Positions 48,460 to 62,600 of a stretch of 64,000 nt of DNA are shown here, one piece after another. The position numbers and the translations under genes are program-made. The DNA is from Antedon mediterranea (lineage: Eukaryota; Animalia; Echinodermata), in assembly GCF_964355755.1 (NCBI RefSeq), contig NC_092678.1, positions 1,194,422-1,258,421 of the forward strand. Reading direction: 5' to 3'. The notes under the pieces are model-generated. The model was not told where the DNA came from and made no database searches. It saw only the letters and a list, made by a program, of their open reading frames with translations. Position 1 is the stretch's first letter, and each line of letters starts with the position of its first letter.

Positions 48460-51400
48460 ACCTTGCTACTTGGCTTTATAATAACACTCTTTGGTCCATA
48501 TCCAAGTTTCTCTGCCTGTTTGAAGGCAATGTTGTAAAATGATGGATGAACAGTAACACGTTAATGTAAGCTGTGAAGAACAAATATTTACTGCCTCATC
48601 TGTTGCATCATGCTTGTAGAAAAATTCTGTGGCTCCCATTCTCATTTGCTATCCTGGAGGTGGTATGAGCTTCTGCTTGTTAGATCTACCATAAACCTAT
48701 CAACATAAGATGAGGAAATCTGTGAAAATGAGAAAAAGTCGTCCCAAACAAGAATTTTATTTAAATAGCATTGCTTTAAATACTAATTAAAATACAAATA
48801 GTATTTTGGTAAACCTACCTTCACTCTATCTTCTGGGTTTATAACATGTTTATCACTAATTGCTTTTGTTTGAATGAATTCCATCAACCCATTATCAAGA
48901 TGCACTTTGACATCGATTGCTAGACCTGGGCAGTTCCACCGTCAAAATGACTCCACACCTGAACAAAATCAAATTAATAAAATTAGAAACATGAAAAAGA
49001 AAAACACACATATTACATGGACACTGAACAGCATGTACGGGAAGATTAGTATCCAAGCTGGAGATGACTGATAGACCATAATTTTTCCTCTCATACTACA
49101 ATAATAATTTATGTAGATATTTTGCACAAAATTAATATTTGTTAAATATTGTAATGTCTTAAGTACCTCACGTAGTTCAGGAAAGTCATCCTGTAAACAG
49201 AATGGACACTGCCAGACCAGTATCATTTTTACACACTGTGTTGGCACTATTGAATTTCTCACCATGTGGACAACGACGAGCAATTTGTATTACTTGCCAT
49301 AGCACCAATATTCCTGCAATCAAATAAATTTAAATAAGTAATTCAATAACCTTGCAATGTTATTACATTTTAATGGGGGGGGGAGGGGGGTATGCCTTTC
49401 TGTATGTTTACATTTTATGTGTAGTTTTGCTGTGCATTTGTCTACATTTTAATCCATCATTTTTAATGATTCAATCTTTGTAATACAACATTTTCAAAAT
49501 TTTGTCTGCTTTCTGTAAATTTGTTATACCTGAATAAATAAAAAATTAAAATTACATTCTTTCTTCAAATTTCCAGTTGAATAAAGGATGATTAACACAT
49601 TTTTCTCTGTACCTTACCAATATAAAATGTTGCCGGTGTTTCCTTGGTCCACATCCGGAATCGCTCTTCAGGTGTCACGTCTTAGAATATAGACCTCAAA
49701 TCTTTGTACAAAGTAATTCTTTATTTTCCATAGTTCTAATAAACCAAGCATATTCATGTAAAATGGTAGAAAGAATAACTTTATAGTAGGTGAGTTTCCA
49801 TACATGTACTGAAGTGCTACAAAGTCTAGACTACAACTGCTACCAGTAATAAACATAACGTTCGTTACCTGTCTTTCTAACTCCTCTGCAAAAGCATCCA
49901 AATCTGATTCTCATAGCTTCTCAGGATTACCAATATAATTCAAAACAGTGGCAGGATTAACGTCCACAGCTGACTCATCATACTCTAAAGCATCTACTGC
50001 CATCTTACGTGACCAATCGTATTTCTCCAGGTGCACATGTGTACTGTCGAGTACCTCCACATACGCCTCAGTACTGTAAACATTAAGAGGTTCCATTAAT
50101 AAATTATTTTTTTGGCATCATTGTATGAATACTTCATTTCATTATTTTATTTATTGGCACAAACAGCCACAACAAGGGCCTTAATATCACAGGTGATTAC
50201 CACATCCCCTGATTAACTGATATAAAAGTAGCTATGTTGAATGTTTACCTTTCACCTATCTTTGCTGTATCAATCTTAATAAAACCAGCACAATTTATAA
50301 ATACTTTGGACCCAAATTCCAACATTTCCGAAATTGAGGTTCCCACTTTGTGTTGGGCTATAATAAAATATATACGCCAAATGTTTAATTAATAAATTGT
50401 AAATATAGCCAAGATTGTGAGTACCTACCTGGTATGGGATCCCTCTGCAAGATTTGGAGTCTGAAAAATCATAGCAATATTATCCTCAATGAGTTCCACA
50501 TTGACAGGCATTATCTGCTGATCACAGATCACACATATTGACCTTCTAAAACAACAAAAACATCATTTAGTTTTATTAAACAAAGCAAAGGGACAATCAT
50601 CTTTTGTATTGTAGTTATTTTGCTGGTACCATTTCTCTCAACCCCCTATAGAAGCAACATCCGAAATTGAGGTTCCAACTTTTGTGTTCACTTTCCATGT
50701 CTACTCTTGGGACTATATGCCAAATGTTTAATTAATAAATTGTAAAATAGCAAAAATTGTGAGTACCCACCTGGTATGGGATCCCTGAAATGTTCCTTGA
50801 ATCAGTGAAGTAAAGCGTTGAGTGAACTATGTATATGTTGCCGATAGTGATAACCATCTGGCATCAGCATTACGTATTCTGTGGCGTCTTACAAACTCCA
50901 ATTACATTTTGTTCCATCATGCAATTCTGAAAAAAGGTTTAGATATTTTTTCATCAAAACATTGTAATATTACAGTTATTATCTTAAATGCATCTCATAG
51001 GTTGGTGATTATTTTTTAACTCAGCATGCACCTAATGCATACTTGCTCCGGATTTTGCACACCAAAGATTGCATGGATGGCAATACTATCTCTTGTATGT
51101 TAACAACAGTGAAAACTCATTAAGTAGATATTGTGATGCACCATTGACGTCACAGCAATTGACGGCGAGCGCGATTGTTCTGAAATCATATGTACATCCC
51201 TAATACGTTGTTAAAATATGGTCCTCGGTCAAGTTGTCCTTTAAATACTAATTAAAAGACAAATGGTAATTTCGTTAAACCTACCTTCTGGGTTTATAAC
51301 ATCTTTATCACTAATTGCTTTTGTTGGAATAAAACCCTCCAAGCCATTATCAAGACGCACTTGACACCGATTGGTTGACCTGGGCAGTTACCACCGTCAA

Positions 51401-54400
51401 AATGACTCAAAACCTGAACAAAATCAAAGGAATAAAATTAGAAACATGATCAAGAAAAACACACATATTACATGGACACTGCACAATAGCAAGGTAAGAT
51501 TAGTATCCAAGCTGAAGATGACTGATAGACCATATTTTTTCCTCTCATACTAAAATAATAATTTATGTAGATACTTTGCACAAATATTTGTTCAATATTG
51601 TAATATCTTAAGTACCTCACTTAGTTCAGGAAAGTCGTCCTGTAAACAGAATGGACACAGACAAGTATCATCTTTACACACTGGGTTGGCATTATCAAGT
51701 TCCTAACCACATGGACGTTAACAAGCAATTTGTATTACTTGGCCAAGCTGAATCCGGTTCAAGCCTTAGGTTTTTTTGTTTCAATGTCTGTCAAATTAAA
51801 ACAGTAAATAAAATAAATATAAAATCATATTTAGCATAATAGGGTAGGAGTAGATATAATAATAATAATTTAATAATAATTTAGGTATTTGTATAGCGGC
51901 AGAATCAACTAAACCGAAGTAAAAATCAAAGGCGCTTATATGGGAAGTTAAAAGGATGCATTTTAAGTAATTTTTTTTAAAATAGCAATAGAAGTTGATT
52001 TAGTAAAATGGTGAGGGAAAATTATTTTATAGAGAATACATGCATTATGCATTAGGTAGGCATACCTTAATAATTGCGCCTGCTTTTCTTGGGCCCAGTC
52101 AGCACACAAACTGTATCAATGACTGTGTGTGAGGATCAACCCATTATCAAGATGCACATTGACACAGATTTCTTGTCTTGGGCAGTTAGCACCATCAATG
52201 TCACATCATCACAACTTTTACCTTCAACCTCAACATCATTTTCAACATTTTTTTTGCAAATTTCAGGTTGTGCCTCCTAAAAGATAAAACACAATAAAAA
52301 TATTAAGTATTATTAAACGGGGGAGCACTAAACATATTAATATCTAAAAGTAGTTCATAATGTCATTTTAGCCGTCAAAAGTGAGAGCATGCAACCCAAG
52401 TGCCACTCTCCTGGATCCGCCCCCTGGAAACATAATACAACGAAGCTGCTTTGTCATGCTTAAATAATTAATTTTTTTTTTATTATGAATTTCTAAGTCT
52501 GGTTAGGGAATACTACTTGACTTTATTATGTAAATAAAGTAAAGCAATATAAGTAAATACACAAATATTTGTTCAATATTGTAATATCTTAAGTACCTCA
52601 CTTAGTTCAGGAAAGTCGTCCTGTAAAAAGAATGGACACGGACCAGTATCATCTTTACGCACTGGGTTGGCATTATCAAGTTCCTAACCACATGGACGTC
52701 AACAAGCAATTTTTATTACTTGGCCAAGCTGAATCCGGTTCTCAAGCCTTTGGTTTTCTTGTTTCAATGTCTGTCAAAATAAAACAGTAAATAAAATAAA
52801 TATAAAATCATATTTAGCATAATAGAGTAGGAGTAGATATAATTCAACAAATTAAGTTACAGAGAATACATGCATTATGCATTAGGTAGGCATACCTTAA
52901 TAATTGCACCTGCTTTTCTTGGGCCCAGTCCGCACACAAACTGCATCAATGACTGTGTGAGGATGCTCAACAGTATGGTTTATATCCACTCCAACCTCGT
53001 TCACATGGTAAATAAATTGTGTTTATCACTAATTGCTTTTGTTGGAATGAATCCCATCAACCCATTATCAAGACGCACATTGACACAGATTTCTTGTCTT
53101 GGGCAGTTACCACCATCAATGTCACATAATCACAACTTTTACCTGCAAACTCAACATCATTTTCAACATTTTGTGCAAGTTTCAGGTTGTGCTCCTAAAA
53201 GATAAAACACAAATTAAAAATATTATTAAACGGGGGAGCACTAACATATTAATATCAGCAACTAGTTCATAATGTCATTTTAGCCGTCAAAAGTGAGAGC
53301 ATGCCACCCAAGTGCCACTCTCCTGGATCCGCCCCCTGGAAGCTGCTTTGTCATGCTTAAATAATTATTATAATTATATTTTTATTATGACTTTCCAAGT
53401 CTGGTTGGGGAATACTACTTAACACTCTTCATTGGACCATTACCTACTTTGTCAAAAAATAAAAATATGTAAGACTAAAAAAAGCTTTCAAAATGTACCT
53501 GAAAACCAAAGTTCCATCATTGACATCATAATAATAATACTCGGACTCGACATGTGAAATATATTGGATCCATTACATACTTGAACGTAGTTATGTTGTG
53601 TACGTAACCATCAAAGAACACTTGCATTTCAGCATTGAAGGCTTTATCTTCGTCACAACTGGTTGGACAATTTCTAGTAGGTAGCTGTGACGTCTTCTAC
53701 AACTACATTTTGTTCCATCATGCAATTCTGCAATTTAAAACATTGTAATATTAAAATCATTATCTTAAATGCATCTCAAGCTGTCTCCTGTTCTCAAGCC
53801 TTTGGTTTTCTTACGTCGTAATGTAGGCATACCTTAATAATTATGTCTGCTTTTCTTCGGCCCAGTCCGCACACAAACTGCATCAATATGTCCACTCCAA
53901 CCTCGTTCACACAGTAAATAAATTGTGTTTATCACAAATTGCTTTTGTTGGAATGAATCCCATAAACCCATTATCAAGACGCACATTGACAGATTTCGTC
54001 CTATGGAGATAGCTTGACACAGTCGGAGAGTGTTTTGCCGGAATTCACTCTATAGTCGACGAACAATTTGTTTTACTTGCCCTACCACCAATTTTCCTGC
54101 AATAATATAATTACATTCTTTATTCAAATTTCTTCAGTTTCCAGGTAAATAGAGGATGATTAACAACACATTTTTCACTGTAACTTACCAATATAAAATT
54201 AGCCAGTGTTTCTTTCGTCAACATCTGGAATCGCTCTTCGGGGGTCACTATTTGGAATAAAGATCTCAAATCCTTGCATCAATTGGTTAATTCTGCACGG
54301 ATATCGTACAAAGTAATTGTTTTGTTTCCATAGTACTAGTAAACAAAAAAAATTTAATATTTATGACATATTCATATAAAATGGTAGAAAGAATAACTTG

Positions 54401-55890
54401 ATAGTAGTCAAGTTTCTATCCATGTACTGTAAGTGCTACAAAGGCTAGACTACAACTGTAGCTTCTCAAGAATCTCATTCAAAGCATCTGCAGGACTAGC
54501 GTCCACAGCTGACTGTCATACTCAAAATCATCCACTGCCATCTTACAAATGTTTTGGGTGTACATGTGTATGGTCAAGCACATCCCCTGATTAACTGATA
54601 TAAAAGTAACTATGTTGAATGTTTACCTTTCACCTATCTTTGCTGTATCAATCTTGATAAAACCAGCACAATTTATGAATACTTTGGGACCCAAACTGCA
54701 AGTTGTCACAAGCTGTGTCCGGTTCTCAAGCCTTTGGTGTTCTTGTTTCAATGTCTGTAAATTAAAACAATAAATAAAATAAATATAAAATCATATTTAG
54801 CATAATAGGGTAGGAGTAGATATAATTCAACAAATTATTTTATAGAGAAATGCATTCTGCATTAGGTAGGCATACCTTAATAATTGCTCCTGCTTTTCTT
54901 GGGTCCAGTCCACACACTAACTGCATCAATGACTGTGTGTTACTTTATATCCACTCCAACCTCGTTCACACAGTAAATAAATTCCTGATAAGTGTGTTTA
55001 TCACTAATAGCTTTTGTTTGAATGAATCCCATGAACCCATTATCAAGACGCACTTTTACACCGATTTGTCTTGGGCAGTTACCACTGTACTTCGTGCTAT
55101 AGAGATAGCTTGATGCAGTTGTTGATGGTATTGCTGGAATTCACTCTGTAATCGAAAATAATACTAAAGTAATGCTTAACTTATTACTCGATAGCAACAA
55201 CAATGACAATAATCCAGTAGCTGTATTCACCAATCATACTTATTATTAACAATTAACAAAAAGTAAAGTTTATTTTTTTAAGCAACATTTTCATCATTTC
55301 ACACAACATCACAACAGATACTCATTGTAGGAAAGTGGTACCATGTGGAAATAGTTATCTTATAATAACAAAAAAAAAATGTTTACAATACCTTTGCAAT
55401 ATTTGATGTCTGAAAAATCATAGCAACATTATCCTCAATGTTCCACATTGACAGGCATTATCTGCTGCTTGGTTTCCAGTTCATCGATAGATTTCTGAAT
55501 GTCCAGGATTGACCTTCTAAAACACCAAGAAAAAAATATTACTAATATTATTATTCAACTATGTTAATACTGGACAGTTTGATGTCTGCTGTTCCAGAAA
55601 TGTCTTGTGTCCTGTATTGGAGGAGTGGACTGTGAATAGACATCAGCAACTGCTTTAAAAATTATTTGTAGGTCTATTGTATTATTATACAAAGCAATAT
55701 AGACTAAATACTTGTTTGTCTACAAAATAGATGTTTGAACTAACCTGGACTCTGCCATAACACCACATGAGCATTTTTACTTCACAGGGAGTTTTTCAAT
55801 ATCCACGTCCTTTAACTCCTTGTCTTATTTCAAATAACTTTGGTACTTTTGAGAAAGTTTGGCAGATAAACTTCTCTTTTGCCATCCATT
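48460..55890 (-). pseudogene. SUPT6H: Unprocessed, partially duplicated and scrambled SPT6 (transcription elongation factor/histone chaperone) pseudogene
   Basis: [38 protein letters not shown] (exon 54627-54754), [120 protein letters not shown] all match metazoan SPT6; introns retained; stops, frameshifts and duplicated exons. Confidence 0.92.
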
Positions 55891-57639
55891 TTTTTAACAC
55901 ACAAACTTTTTAGTAACTTCAAAAACTTTTTTTCAGAAATCTTTTTCAAAACAATTTTTTTGTATTTTATTTTTTGTATTTTTTTTGTATTTTTTTTTTT
56001 TAAACTGCACAGAAACTGTGAAAAGTTGAAAATACCAATTTTTTTTGTATTTTATTTTTTAAATTTTTTTTGTATTTTTTTTTTTTTTACGGCCTGAGAT
56101 GCGCGGATAGGAATGGTTTCATCCTAGGTCGAAATGCACCCAATAATCTACACTACAAAACTATGCCCAAATCATATACACAACAAGAAAGTAAAATAAT
56201 AATACAAGGAATAAAAAAGCACTGAAAATAAACAGAAGAATTACAAAAATAGAAATTAAACAAAAAGATAAAAAAGGAAAACATGCCTGTGGCCAGGTTA
56301 GGTACCAGATATCTTTGACTTCAGAAACATTTTTACAGAAATATTTTTCAAAACAATTTTTTTGTATTTTATTTTTTTTATTTTATATATATTTTTTTTA
56401 AAACTGCACAGAAACTCAGTTCTCAAAAGCGAAAATACCTTCTAGAAATTCTTTTTCAAAATTTTTTTTTTGTATTTAATTTTTTTTTGCATTTTATTTT
56501 TTTTCCCATGAGAACCAGAAAAAAGTAGATTTGAATGACATGTTGTCTTGGCATTTTCTTGTCTGCATTGATTTCAGAGAGTGTTTTATCTCTGTCCATG
56601 ATATACTTGATGCAGACACGGCATTATCTTGTCTGCATTGATTACAGAGAGTGTTTTATCTCTGTTCATGATATAAACAGTAGTAAATACAAAGCATGGT
56701 GGCCACAGGAAGTAAAATAAAAGTAAAGAAGATAAAAGGAAGAAAAATAAAAAGCAATGAAGAGAAAGAAAAAGTTCAGGCAACGGCATGAAGAGGCACA
56801 GAGTGGGGCTAGCAGGACACAGATAGCCGGGCATTCAATCCATCCGAATCATCAGTGGGTATGTGTACGAACAAGATCAGATGTTAAATGGGAAGAAAGT
56901 CGTCAGCTACCAATATTCACCAATAAATAATAATAAATGAAAATAATAAATAAAAATAAAACAATAAATAAATAAAATATTAAATAAAATAAAATAAATA
57001 TTAAATTAAATATAAAAAAAATAAATAATAACAAAATTAATATAAATAAATAAAATTTAATATAAATAAATTATAACAAACAATAATAATAAAAATAATT
57101 AAAAAAAGATGCACAAAATTTTGCCTACGGAAAATGAAAAGTAAATGAGCGGAAAATTAACCCACAGATGATTTTGTTATTTGTTTGTATAAGTAAATTA
57201 CTTAGGCTATACTGCATAACCAGATAGGGGTTTCTTATTATTTGATAATTAACTTAGGCTATTCCATTAAACCAGATAGGGGTTTCTTAATAATCAACTT
57301 AGGCTACTCTCGTAAACCAGATGGTATTTTATATCTTATCTATTTTTTTTTTTTTTACATTGCATTTTCAGTAACTGCAGATCCTAAATATTGATTAGCA
57401 GCCAGAAGCTGGTAAGCAATAAATAATGGTGATGGAGATTTTAATTATTGAGAAATAAATATTGATTAGCAGCCATATTTTAGCATCTTGTTTCGAGACA
57501 TTCAATTCTCTCAAGAGACAAGAGTAATTTGGCCTAAATGGCGTATACCAAGACAAAGTACACAAGCCTGCAATCCAACGGCCCTGAATACCTCACCTGG
57601 ATTACTGACACAAGCCTGCAATCCAACGTAGAACAACAA

Positions 57640-57900
57640 CAATTATATTAGAGATTAAAGAAAATTCATATGAAACAAGAATAAAAAAACTAAACTTATG
57701 ACACTAGAAGATATTAGAAAAAAAGCTGACCTTATTCAAGTATTTAAAATGAATAGAGAAATTGACAAATTAATTTTTAGGAATTTCATGTTCAGCCAAC
57801 GTGTTATTGAAAATTACTAAGGACGGAACGCAACTCTATCTAGAGATGGTAGGAGCGGCAAGTTCATCAACAAAGGATGAACGGTACAAATGTACGGCTC
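57640..57900 (+). mobile_element. CR1-like LINE ORF2 C-terminal fragment
   Basis: SYETRIKKLNL / MTLEDIRKKADLIQVFKM resembles CR1 YEERLxxLxLxTLExRRxRGDLIxVFK. Confidence 0.6.
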
Positions 57901-58639
57901 CGAGAAAAGGAATAGGTCAAGTGCAATCAATTTTTGTTTGCACTCTATATGCAAGAGAAGGGATGTGTCACTGGGTTGTCAAGGTTGAAACCTTACCTAT
58001 GGCCCTAAGAAAATAAACATGGACCTGTGGATATGATGAGCACTTTAAACCATAAATTAAACAATAATTTGTAATAAATATTTGTTATACTTTTTCAATG
58101 TTGTTGTACCATACTGATATGAAAAATCAATGGGCAGTTTATGGATTTTCTACACCTGTCAATTTCAATATATGGGGTGGGGTGGGGGGGGGGGGTAGGT
58201 CTACTATCAACAAAATACAGGACAGAAGTGTTTTCCATACAGAAATAGGATTTATAAAAGGCTCTTTTTAAAACAACTTTAGTTGCATACATAAAGGTAT
58301 AAACTAAATAAACTGCTGTTGCCAATGTAAGGAAATGGTTCCTTTTATAGCAAATGCTATGATAGGAACTGGTTGAAGATTTTTAAGTATTATGAGAAGC
58401 TTTCTTATATGTTATGTATTAGAAAAATACACGCTTGGATTGAAAACTTTGTTTCAAAAAATAAATGCGATATCATTGTTGTTAAAATTTCAAATTGACC
58501 CCACAATTCACCATTACTAATGGTATTATAGATCTCGTTGCGTGTTTGAAAAAATGCCAAGATCGTTTGAGGATTGTATGAGATGCTTTTAAAATTTAAC
58601 CATCCATTTACTTGTGTTGTCAGTGTTTTTCACAGACGG

Positions 58640-59190
58640 TTTTTATTCTTTATGCTCTCTGCGTGCAACATTTAGAAGCCTTTGGTTTTCTTGTTTTTTC
58701 CCATTCCTTTTCCTCTAACTGGTACATTGTAGTTTCCGTTTCAGCTATTTTGTGAACTGGTCAACAAATGATTTCTATCAATACCAATTAGTTTGTATTT
58801 CTTCTTTGTCCCATCAACCAGAGTAGTCTGGTTTTCAGGGTTTTTTCTTTTTATGCTCTCTGCATGCAACATTCAAAAGCATACAGTTTTCTTGTGAAAC
58901 CATTCCATTTCCTCTAACTGGTACATTGTAGTTTCCTGTACAGCTATTTTGTGAATTGATCAACAATGATTTCTACCAATACCAATTAGTTCATCCAACA
59001 ATGATTTCTGTCAATACCAATTAGTTCGTATTTCTTCTTTGTCCCATCAACCAGAGTTGTTAATTTACACATATTTTTATTTATTAAAAATATTTGGTTT
59101 TCCTGTGAAACCATTCCATTTCCTCTAACTGGTACGTTGTAGTGTTCGGTACAGCTATTTTGTGAACTGGCCAACAATGTTACCAAACCA
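58640..59190. repeat. Degenerate ~200-bp tandem triplication
   Basis: CCATTCC(T/A)TTTCCTCTAACTGGTAC(A/G)TTGTAG at 58700, 58900, 59111. Confidence 0.75.
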
Positions 59191-59609
59191 TATTCTGGTT
59201 GTTGTTCTTTATGATGATTCAAACTTATTGGATGTGGATATATATATAACATAGGCTACTTTGCCTCCTGATCAGTAATAGGAAACAACTCATTTATACT
59301 ATACTTAAATTCCTGCATAGTAAGGTACAGTCTAAATATCCCTGGTTGCAAATATGTCATTTAAAAAACACAAGGGCATTGAAGAATGTATCTTGTCATA
59401 AATTATTTCAATTTTCCATAATATGTACTAAATAAATGGTAGTTAAATTTGTTTCTCTTTGTACAAATCTCAAAAGATATAAGACAATTAACAAATAGTA
59501 AATTTAAATTTAATTTTTACCAAATGGTGAACTGCAGAGTCTGTTTCATTTTGGAATTCTTTTGGAAAACAAAACGAAGTTTAAAACCTTAATGTTAACT
59601 ATGCCCAAT

Positions 59610-62600
59610 TATATTGCATAATGGCAATACATATACACTATACAAGCTAGGTCTTACTGCTTGTAAGAAAAGGAATAAGGTTTTGAAAACAAGATTATTT
59701 TTCTGCATATAACAGCACTATATACAACAATCTACAATCAATGGTTGATGGCAATTGAAAAGGAAGAGACACAGTATACCTAATATTGGTACAAGTGTAT
59801 TTAAGCAAGAAGCTTATAGCATTAAAATGGAAATGAGAAAAAGATGTAGATGCAAAGCTCTTAGAGCATGCAAAAGTGGTTATTAGCGTTCTAGGTAATA
59901 GGACTACAAAAGGAGTGACGTTGGGGCACAGGGGAAACTATATATCACTATTTTGTCTTATACCAAGTAAAGGTTTAAGAATCTTTAAAGGTTAGGTAAA
60001 GACATATAGGGATTGAAATAATCAAGGTGTAGATGCAAGAGGGTAGTGTGCAAAGCTCTTAAAGCATGCAGAATGGTTGATTTTTTAAAAAGTGATGTTT
60101 TGGTACAGGTGAAACGATATCACCATTATGTCTTATACCAAGTAAAGGTTTAAGAACAGTATGGATTTTTATTTAGTCAACAACATTGAAATAATCAAGG
60201 TAAATAATAATTTCTGGTCATGTCAACAGAGCAGTAACTAAACCATAAGGAAAGGACGAGATCATTACACTGAATGTTCAAAAAGATGCAGGGATATAGT
60301 TGAAAATAAAGGGATACAAGTCATCCACAGAATTGGCCATTTTGAAAATGTAAATGCCTTTGATGAAGATACTTTGTTTAAGATAACTATCGGGTTATCA
60401 ATTAGAACTATAATGCCTGATTATATTGCATAAAGGCAATTCATAAACACTATACAAGCTAGGCCTTACGGGTTGTAAGAAAAGGAATAGTGCTTTAAAA
60501 AAAAGATTGTTTTTAAGAGCTAGTTCTGCATATAACAACACAATACAACAATCTATGAACAATGGTCGATGACAATTAAAAAGGAAGGAAAAAGAGACGC
60601 AGTATAACTAAGATTGGTACAAATGTATTTAAGCAAGAAGCTTATAGCACCAAGAATGGGAATGGGAAAAAGATGTAGATTCAAGAGGCTAGTATGATTC
60701 CAGGCTGATAGCCTTCTGAATGCTCTATCAGCCTGGAAGCAGCAAAGCAGGTTTTAAAAAAAGATTGTTTTTAAGACCTAGTGCTGCATATAACAGCACT
60801 ATACAACAATCTACAATCAATGGTTGATGCGATTGAAACGGACGAACCACAGTATACCTAATATTGGTACAAGTGTATTTAAGCAAGAAGCTTATAGCAT
60901 AAAAAAAAATGAGAAAAATATGTAGATGCAAAGCTCTTAGAGCATGCAAAAGTGGTTATTAGCGTTCTAGGTAATAGGACTACAAAAGGAGTGATGTTTG
61001 GGCACAGGGGAAACAATATATCACTATTTTGTCTTATACCAAGTAAAGGTTTAAGAATCTTTAAAGGTTAGGTAAAGACATATAGCATTGAAATAATCAA
61101 GGTGTAGATGCAAGAGGGTAGTGTGCAAAGCTCTTCAAGCATGCAGAATGGCTGCTTTTTTAAAAAGTGATGTTTTGGTACAGGTGAAACAATATCACCA
61201 TTATGTCTTATACCAAGTAAAGGTTTAAGAACAGTCTGGATTTTTGTTTAGTCAACAACATTGAAATAATCAAGGTAAATAATAATTTCTGGTCATGTCA
61301 ACAGAGCAGTAACTAAAGCATAAGGAAAGGACGAGATCATTACACTGAATGTTCACCAGGATGCAGGGATATAGTTGAAAATAAAGGGATACAATTGTCA
61401 TCCACAGAATTGGCCATTTTGAAAATGTAAATGGCTTTGATGAAGATACTTTGTTAAAGATAACTATCGGGTTATCAATTAGAACTATAATGCCTGATTA
61501 TATTGCATAAAGGCAATTCATGAACACTATACAAGCTAGGCCTTACGGGTTGTAAGAAAAGGAATAGTGCTTTAAAAAAAAGATTGTTTTTAAGAGCTAG
61601 TGCTGCATATAACAACACTATACAACAATCTATGATCAATGGTCAATGACAATTAAAAAGGAAGGAAAAAGAGACGCAGTATAACTAAGATTGGTACAAA
61701 TGTATTTAAGCAATTAGCTTATAGCACCAAGAATGGGAATGGGAAAAAGATGTAGATTCAAGAGGCTAGTATGATTCCAGGCTGATAGCCTTCTGAATGC
61801 TTTGTTTAAAAAAGCAATCACTTTTGCATGCTCTTGAGCATGCAAAAGTGGTTAATTAGCGTTCTAGGTGATACAAAAGGATGCAGGGATATAGTTGAAA
61901 ATAAAGGAATACAAGTCATCCACAGAATTGGCCATTTTGAAAATGTACATGGCTTTGATAAAGATATTTTTGATGGAGATATTTTTTTAAAGATAACTAT
62001 CAGGTTATCAATTAGAACTATGCCTGATTATATTGCATAAAGGCAATTCATAAACACTATACAAGCTAGGCCTTACGGGTTGTAAGAAAAGGAACAGTGC
62101 TTTAAAAAAAGATTGTTTTTAAAACCTAGTGCTGCATATAAGAGCACAATACAACAATCTACGATCAATGGTTGATAGCAATTAAAAAGGAAAGAAAAAG
62201 GAAACACAGTATACCTAATATTGGTACAAATGTATTTAAGCAAGAAGCTTATAGCACCAAGAATGGGAATGGGCAGGTTTTAAAAAAAGATTGTTTTTAA
62301 GACCTAGTGCTGCATATAACAGCACTATACAACAATCTACAATCAATGGTTGATGCGATTGAAAAGTAAGAGACACAGTATACCTAATGTTGGTACATAT
62401 GTATTTAAGCAAGAAGCTTATAGCATTAAAAATGGAAATGAGAAAAAGATTTAGATATAAGAGGATAGTGTGCAAAGCTCTGATTTGTTTTTTAAAAAAA
62501 ACTTCTGCATGCTGCCTTGAAGCAGCAAAGTTCTTGGTAATAGGACTACAAAAAGAGTGACGTTATGGGCACAGGTGAAACAATATCACCATTATGTCTT

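Noticed and set aside
48460-55890. Functional SPT6 gene
   Set aside because: Premature stops, frameshifts, duplicated and out-of-order exons; N- and C-terminal regions are absent from the window.
56085-56160. Poly-T followed by a structured segment, possibly a minus-strand LINE 3' end
   Set aside because: No associated ORF remnant or TSD could be identified.
56835-56860. CTGATGA on the minus strand as a second hammerhead core
   Set aside because: No helix II followed by GAAA and no closing helices found.
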